A stretch of 64,000 nt of DNA from Bacteroidota bacterium (GTDB taxonomy: Bacteria > Bacteroidota > Bacteroidia > JABEUT01): contig JABDAL010000002.1 of NCBI GenBank assembly GCA_013289165.1, positions 3,278 to 67,277 of the forward strand, given 5' to 3'. The position numbers and the translations under genes are program-made. Shown here piece after piece: positions 58,588 to 64,000 of the stretch. The stretch's first letter is position 1. Every line of letters begins with the position of its first letter. Under the pieces are notes generated by a model. It worked only from the letters and a program-made list of their open reading frames with translations, was not told the origin of the DNA and made no database searches.

Positions 58588-59859
58588 CTATATAATCATC
58601 CCCGCTCCTACTGTTTCATTAGTAGCTTCATCAATAAGTATAAGGCTGCCTGTATGGCGGTTCTTACGGTAATTATCGTAAAAGAGCGGGCGTGTGGTGC
58701 GAATAGAAATCCTGCCGATGTCATTTAAGCCAATCTCCTTGTCATCTTCCAGGCGATGCAGGGTATTAATATTTATTTTGTAATGTATTTCTTTAATCAC
58801 ACAACGGGCATCGTGGGTAGTGTGTTTAACTGCATATTTTCCACCCGGAATTAATTTTTTCTCATTCAACCAGCAAACCATAATATCTATATCCCTTCCT
58901 ACTGAAGACTGGTTATTTTCCCTCACCAGCATATCTCCCCGGCTAATATCCACATCATCCTCCAGTAATATAGTTACCGATGTCCCCGGACCTGCTTCTT
59001 TCAATTCTCCGTCGGCAGTTTCAATAGATTTTATTTTAGAAACCACTCCAGAAGGAAACACCATAATGGTGTCACCTTTTTTGAAAATTCCGCCGGCAAC
59101 TTTTCCCGCATAGCCCCTATAGTCATGATGTTTATCATTCTGCGGACGAATAACGTATTGCACGGGGAAGCGGCAATCAATCAGGTTTTCATCGCCTGCT
59201 ACGTGTATGTTTTCCAATATGTATAGTAGAGTACTTCCACCATACCAGGGCATGTTAGCGGACTTTTCAACTATATTATCTCCTCCCAGCGCCGAAATGG
59301 GAATAAACTGCACATCTACAATTTGCAGCTTTGAAGAAAACTGTTCGTACTCGCTACGTATTTTTTCAAACACTTCCTTACTAAATCCGACCATGTCCAT
59401 TTTGTTTATGCAAACAAGCACATGCTTTATCCCAATGAGGGAAGCAATGAGCGAGTGCCTGCGGGTCTGTTCAGTGATACCGTGACGAGCATCAATCAAT
59501 ATAACGGCAAGGTTAGCGGAAGAAGCCCCTGTAACCATATTACGGGTATATTGAATATGCCCCGGTGTATCCGCAATGATAAATTTCCGTTGGGAAGTTG
59601 AAAAATAACGATAGGCTACATCAATCGTTATTCCCTGCTCGCGCTCGGCGCGGAGTCCGTCGGTAAGCAAAGCAAGGTTTACCTGCGCCTCCCCTCTTTG
59701 CCGGCTGCTTTGCTTTATAGCTTCATATTGGTCCTCAAAAATAGAGCGTGCATCATATAGTAGCCTGCCAATAAGGGTACTTTTGCCATCATCTACACTG
59801 CCGGCTGTAATAAACCGTAGGAGGCTTCTTTGAGGAGTTGAAAATTTGTGGTTACTCAT
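58588..59859 (-). CDS. cysN: Sulfate adenylyltransferase subunit 1 (GTPase)
   Basis: GSVDDGKSTL G1 motif and a 423-aa length. There is no APS-kinase fusion. Confidence 0.85.
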   Translation of the reverse strand: MSNHKFSTPQRSLLRFITAGSVDDGKSTLIGRLLYDARSIFEDQYEAIKQSSRQRGEAQVNLALLTDGLRAEREQGITIDVAYRYFSTSQRKFIIADTPGHIQYTRNMVTGASSANLAVILIDARHGITEQTRRHSLIASLIGIKHVLVCINKMDMVGFSKEVFEKIRSEYEQFSSKLQIVDVQFIPISALGGDNIVEKSANMPWYGGSTLLYILENIHVAGDENLIDCRFPVQYVIRPQNDKHHDYRGYAGKVAGGIFKKGDTIMVFPSGVVSKIKSIETADGELKEAGPGTSVTILLEDDVDISRGDMLVRENNQSSVGRDIDIMVCWLNEKKLIPGGKYAVKHTTHDARCVIKEIHYKININTLHRLEDDKEIGLNDIGRISIRTTRPLFYDNYRKNRHTGSLILIDEATNETVGAGMII

Positions 59860-59866
59860 ACTTTAC

Positions 59867-60769
59867 TCAAAAATATCCAACTTTTTTCCGGTCTTCCATA
59901 GCTGTATCGGAACGTTTATCATCGGCCCGTGTGCCTCTTTCTGTTACACGCGAAGCGGCCACTTCGGCTACAATTTCATCAATGGTGGATGCAGAGGAAG
60001 GCACCGCGCCCGTGCAGGTCATATCGCCAATAGTACGAAAACGAACTTGCATCGTTTTACTTTCTTCATTTTCCCGCAAATTCAAATAAGCAGACTTAGC
60101 TAATAATTGCCCGTTCCGTTCAACCACTTCCCTTTCATGAGAGAAATATAAAGCGGGAACAGGAATATTTTCGAGTTTTATATATTGCCAAATATCCAGT
60201 TCTGTCCAATTACTGAGGGGAAAAACACGAAAATGTTCGCCCATGTTTTTTCTGCCATTATATAAATCCCAAAGTTCGGGACGCTGGTTTTTAGGATTCC
60301 ACTGCCCAAATTCATCCCTATGGGAAAAAAAGCGCTCTTTGGCTCTTGCTTTTTCCTCATCTCTTCTTGCCCCACCCAAGCAGGCATCCAGTTTCAACTC
60401 TTCAATAGCATCGAGCAGTGTAACGGTTTGCAATACATTGCGACTGGCATTATAACCTGTCTCTTCCTGCACACGTCCTTTATCAATAGAATCCTGCACA
60501 TAGCGAATAACCAGGCGCGCGACTATTCTTTCCACCCACTTATCACGATATTCAAGTGTTTCCGGGAAGTTATGGCCTGTATCAATGTGCATCAACGGAA
60601 ACGGAATTTTTGCAGGAGCAAAAGCTTTGGAAGCCAGGTAGCTTAATACGATTGAATCTTTCCCGCCTGAAAAAAGCAATGCTGACCGTTCAAATTGGGC
60701 AGCTACTTCGCGCAGAACATAGATAGATTCTGATTCTAATTCTTTTAAATAATTATTATTTGCCAGCAT
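59867..60769 (-). CDS. cysD: Sulfate adenylyltransferase subunit 2
   Basis: PAPS-reductase-like ATP-PPase fold (LFSGGKDS). Confidence 0.9.
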   Translation of the reverse strand: MLANNNYLKELESESIYVLREVAAQFERSALLFSGGKDSIVLSYLASKAFAPAKIPFPLMHIDTGHNFPETLEYRDKWVERIVARLVIRYVQDSIDKGRVQEETGYNASRNVLQTVTLLDAIEELKLDACLGGARRDEEKARAKERFFSHRDEFGQWNPKNQRPELWDLYNGRKNMGEHFRVFPLSNWTELDIWQYIKLENIPVPALYFSHEREVVERNGQLLAKSAYLNLRENEESKTMQVRFRTIGDMTCTGAVPSSASTIDEIVAEVAASRVTERGTRADDKRSDTAMEDRKKVGYF

Positions 60770-60802
60770 ATTCGTTTGAGAATATAAAGATAATGAATAT
60801 GC

Positions 60803-62530
60803 TTATGCCTGTATGTCTTTCAGGTTCAACTCCAGCGATTTTGTACCATTCCAGTTTGTTTCGCGAAGGGAGTAACATATTTTGAAGGGTCTGTCGGGGA
60901 CTATTTCCTTAAGATATTCATACATATCATACCCTATGGCAGAAAATGTAAAATTAGGGTTATCTGCCTGGGCTACTGAAAGCCTCAGGTGCCCGCTTCC
61001 TACAATTTGCGGGGGTTTGCGGGTTATTACGTTCTCGGTCATAAAAACGGGTGTCATATTACCGGGGCCAAATGGCGCGAATTGTTTTAGTACCTGGTTA
61101 AACTTAGCCGTAATAGCAGAGAAAGGCATGGAGCTGTCAATGTCAATTTCAGGATGAAGCAAATTTTCCGGCATGGTTTTACTTACCACCTCTTCAAACA
61201 GGTCGATAAAGGCAGGAAGGTTGTCTTCTTTCAAGGTAACTCCGGCAGCATACTTGTGTCCTCCAAATTGCTCCAAAAGATGCGAACAAGAAGAAATAGC
61301 CTGGTACAGATTATAGTTTTTTACAGAGCGTGCAGAACCTGTAACATGTCCGTTGGAGCGGGTTAAAATAATGGTAGGCCGATAAAAATGCTTTTCAATA
61401 AGACGGCTTGCTACTATACCTATCACTCCCTTGTGCCATTCAGGATTATACAAAACCGTTGTTTTTTTATTTTTTAATTTTTCATCTTTTATAACCATCT
61501 CGAGAGCCTCTTGGGTAATAGTAGCATCTACATCTCTGCGTTCCACATTTGTTTTATTGACGGACTCCCCGGAGAGCATTGCCTTTTGGAATGTATCGGC
61601 AATTAAAAGCTCCACCGCATTTTTCCCTGTTTCAATGCGGCCGGCAGAGTTAATCCTCGGACCAAAAACAAATACTAAATCTGACACATTGACTTCTCTT
61701 TTCAATTGAGCCAGTTCCATAATGGCTTTAAATCCTTCACGCGGAAAACTATTTATTCTTTTAAGTCCGTAATACGCCAGTATGCGGTTTTCGCCTGTAA
61801 TAGGAACAATATCGGCAGCAATGCTGAGAGCGACAAGGTCGAGATATTGTTCAATAGTTGAAAATGGGATTTCATACTTCTGCGCTATTGCCTGAACAAA
61901 CTTAAAGCCAATACCGCAACCTGAAAGTTCTTTATAAGGATAGTTACAATCTTTTTGCTTCGGATTTAAAATAGCTATAGCATCCGGTATCTGCTCATCA
62001 GGCTCGTGATGGTCGCAAATAATGAAATCTATTCCTTTCTTTTTGGCATGTTCCACCTTATCGGTAGCCTTTATGCCACAATCCAACGATATGATAAGGC
62101 CAAATCCATTATCGGCTGCATAATCCACTCCTTTAAAAGAAACTCCATAGCCCTCTATATAGCGGTCAGGAATATAGTACTCACACCTTAAACCAAGCCA
62201 GCGCAAAAAAGTAAACATAAGTGCAACAGCCGTAGTGCCATCTACATCGTAATCTCCATAAACTAAAATCTTCTCCCTTTTCTGTGTAGCATCTATAATT
62301 CTTTTAACCGCTTTTTCCATGTCCTTCATCAGAACAGGATTGTGGAGGGAATCGAGCGAAGGACGGAAAAATTCCTTTGCCTGGTTATAGTCTTCAATAC
62401 CCCGTTGTATAAGCAAATTGGCAATTATATCATTCACCTTAATAGCCTCCGATAAATGCTTTACTTTATCCAAAGGAGCCTGTTCTTTATTGTTCCATCT
62501 TTTTTCCATCAATATATTTCCGTGTTGCAA
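60803..62530 (-). CDS. recJ: Single-stranded-DNA-specific exonuclease RecJ
   Basis: DHH (YGDYDVDGTT, DHH) and DHHA1 motifs. Length 575 aa. Confidence 0.85.
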   Translation of the reverse strand: MQHGNILMEKRWNNKEQAPLDKVKHLSEAIKVNDIIANLLIQRGIEDYNQAKEFFRPSLDSLHNPVLMKDMEKAVKRIIDATQKREKILVYGDYDVDGTTAVALMFTFLRWLGLRCEYYIPDRYIEGYGVSFKGVDYAADNGFGLIISLDCGIKATDKVEHAKKKGIDFIICDHHEPDEQIPDAIAILNPKQKDCNYPYKELSGCGIGFKFVQAIAQKYEIPFSTIEQYLDLVALSIAADIVPITGENRILAYYGLKRINSFPREGFKAIMELAQLKREVNVSDLVFVFGPRINSAGRIETGKNAVELLIADTFQKAMLSGESVNKTNVERRDVDATITQEALEMVIKDEKLKNKKTTVLYNPEWHKGVIGIVASRLIEKHFYRPTIILTRSNGHVTGSARSVKNYNLYQAISSCSHLLEQFGGHKYAAGVTLKEDNLPAFIDLFEEVVSKTMPENLLHPEIDIDSSMPFSAITAKFNQVLKQFAPFGPGNMTPVFMTENVITRKPPQIVGSGHLRLSVAQADNPNFTFSAIGYDMYEYLKEIVPDRPFKICYSLRETNWNGTKSLELNLKDIQA

Positions 62531-62607
62531 ACCGGGAGCAAACTGCCTTAGCCTGTTTATGCAGTTACATATAACTCCCCAGTATTAAATTTATTTTCTA
62601 CTTCACT

Positions 62608-63561
62608 TCAGCAGGCTTCAACCGCTGATTTTATATATTCATTATAACATTTTTCACTACAAAAGCTTTTCATTTCCGAAGCACATTTTTCACACTGGAT
62701 GATAAGTGTGTGGCACGATTCAAGGGCACAATTCACCTGCCTGTCGCTGGGATTTTTGCAACTGTAACATTTCCCCAGTACATCCGGTGTTATACGCTCG
62801 CTCATACGCTCATCAAATACAAAATTCTTTCCAATAAACTTTGATTTCAATCCCACCCTATTTATTTCCCGCGCATATTGAATGATACCTCCGTCGAGCT
62901 GGTAAACATTCCTGAACCCATGATGCCTGAAATATACGCTTGCTTTTTCGCAACGTATGCCACCCGTACAGTAGAGCATAATATCCTTGTCCTTTTTATC
63001 CTCTAACTGTTTTAACACTTTGGGTAACGATTCCTTAAAGGTCCTTACATCGGGGCAAATAGCATTTTCAAAATGCCCTACTTCACTTTCGTACTTGTTC
63101 CGCATATCCACCAAAATACTAGCGGGCTCATCTATTTTATTATGAAAAGTAATTGCATCGAGCCTTGTACCTGTATTACTCAAGTCATAGGAATTTTCTT
63201 TCAATCCATCGGCAACAATTTTAGGCTTCACCTTCATTTTAAGAGCAAAAAATGATTTGCTGTCATCTTCTATAGCCTGTTTAACGGGCACATCCCTAAA
63301 CAGCGGATTCTTATATAAATGCTCAATAAAGTCCGTTACAAAATGTTCCGGCACGCTCAACTGTGCATTTATTCCTTCGTGTGCCAGGTAAATTCTTCCG
63401 TATACTTTCAGGCCATCCCAATAGGCATATAGTTCATCACGCAGTTTTACAGGGTCTTCAATATGGACATAACGGTAGAATGACAACGTTATCCTCCGGA
63501 AAGGTTCGGCTGCTACTTTTTTTCTAAGCTCTTTTTTGTTAACGCGATTATAGAGAAACAT
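62608..63561 (-). CDS. trhO: Rhodanese-domain tRNA U34 hydroxylase (TrhO/YceA family)
   Basis: UPF0176 architecture: an N-terminal domain, a rhodanese domain (CTGGIRCE), and a C-terminal Cys cluster. Confidence 0.7.
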   Translation of the reverse strand: MFLYNRVNKKELRKKVAAEPFRRITLSFYRYVHIEDPVKLRDELYAYWDGLKVYGRIYLAHEGINAQLSVPEHFVTDFIEHLYKNPLFRDVPVKQAIEDDSKSFFALKMKVKPKIVADGLKENSYDLSNTGTRLDAITFHNKIDEPASILVDMRNKYESEVGHFENAICPDVRTFKESLPKVLKQLEDKKDKDIMLYCTGGIRCEKASVYFRHHGFRNVYQLDGGIIQYAREINRVGLKSKFIGKNFVFDERMSERITPDVLGKCYSCKNPSDRQVNCALESCHTLIIQCEKCASEMKSFCSEKCYNEYIKSAVEAC

Positions 63562-63609
63562 CTCTGTTATAGGTTCCTATCTGTGGGCAAAGGTAGAAAA
63601 TTATAGGAA

Positions 63610-64000
63610 CTATATATTTTCTTTGGGTGGAGGAAGTTCGTCCAGGTGGGATGTATGGAGCTTGCTATGTGTGCGGCTATATAGAAAATAAATAAACAAT
63701 CCTAAAACCATCCAACCAAAGGCAGTTAACAGGGTGCTCATACCCAATGAAAAAATCATGGCACCGCAAACCAGTATTCCCAAAATGGGAAACAAAGGAA
63801 CAAGGGGTGCCCTAAACGGACGTGGACGATCCGGGTCACTTTTGCGTAGAATTATTATGCCAATACAAACCAGCACAAATGCCAACAGCGTACCAATAGA
63901 AGTTAAATCTCCTGCCACACTTCCGGGAATAAAAGCAGCAAACAACCCCACGAATAGAAACAGTATGAGATTTGACTTGTAAGGAGTCCGAAACTTAGGA
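63610..64000 (-). CDS. Amino acid permease (APC family), C-terminal part. The gene continues beyond the window end.
   Basis: The last 3-4 TM helices of an APC transporter. The frame is open to the window edge. Confidence 0.55.
   Translation of the reverse strand, partial: PKFRTPYKSNLILFLFVGLFAAFIPGSVAGDLTSIGTLLAFVLVCIGIIILRKSDPDRPRPFRAPLVPLFPILGILVCGAMIFSLGMSTLLTAFGWMVLGLFIYFLYSRTHSKLHTSHLDELPPPKENI

Noticed and set aside
63734-63982. 82-aa plus-strand ORF at the window end
   Set aside because: It is antisense to the C-terminal TM region of an amino acid permease, which is open to the window edge.

Overview
This 64 kb window has the character of a Bacteroidota chromosome segment (about 40% GC, several T9SS C-terminal sorting domains, Bacteroidetes-type membrane proteins). 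Most of it is ordinary core metabolism: pyrF (3' end), lnt, gcvP, rluB, truA, pyrD-ispE-waaA, fabD, rlmD, rocD, kup, a dnaJ-domain protein, cyoE/ctaB, a 2-oxoacid dehydrogenase E2, a TonB-dependent receptor, a GT9 heptosyltransferase, cysDN, recJ and trhO. One accessory region stands out at about 3.7-11.7 kb. It is strongly AT-rich and carries two unrelated IS1595-family transposase genes, a tRNA gene with a non-canonical anticodon arm, and a pair of perfect 23-bp inverted repeats 4.5 kb apart. Its cargo is hypothetical: a GIY-YIG-like/transmembrane ORF, a membrane ORF with GN-rich repeats, and a 427-aa Thr1 Ntn-hydrolase (proteasome-beta-like) protein translationally coupled to a 64-aa ORF. 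I consider that last pair the best candidate for an undescribed system. Second, a 43-nt block upstream of the second transposase recurs at 48.24 kb, where it forms one end of a roughly 300-bp MITE-like element packed with CCGTGACATA decamers. This element sits directly upstream of two tandem NHL/SprB-repeat T9SS cargo paralogs that share near-identical tracts. Third, one operon (21.4-27.4 kb) has three GT-C-like polytopic membrane proteins flanking a T9SS-sorted beta-propeller protein. All product assignments come from reading motifs in the supplied translations by eye. No database search was possible.
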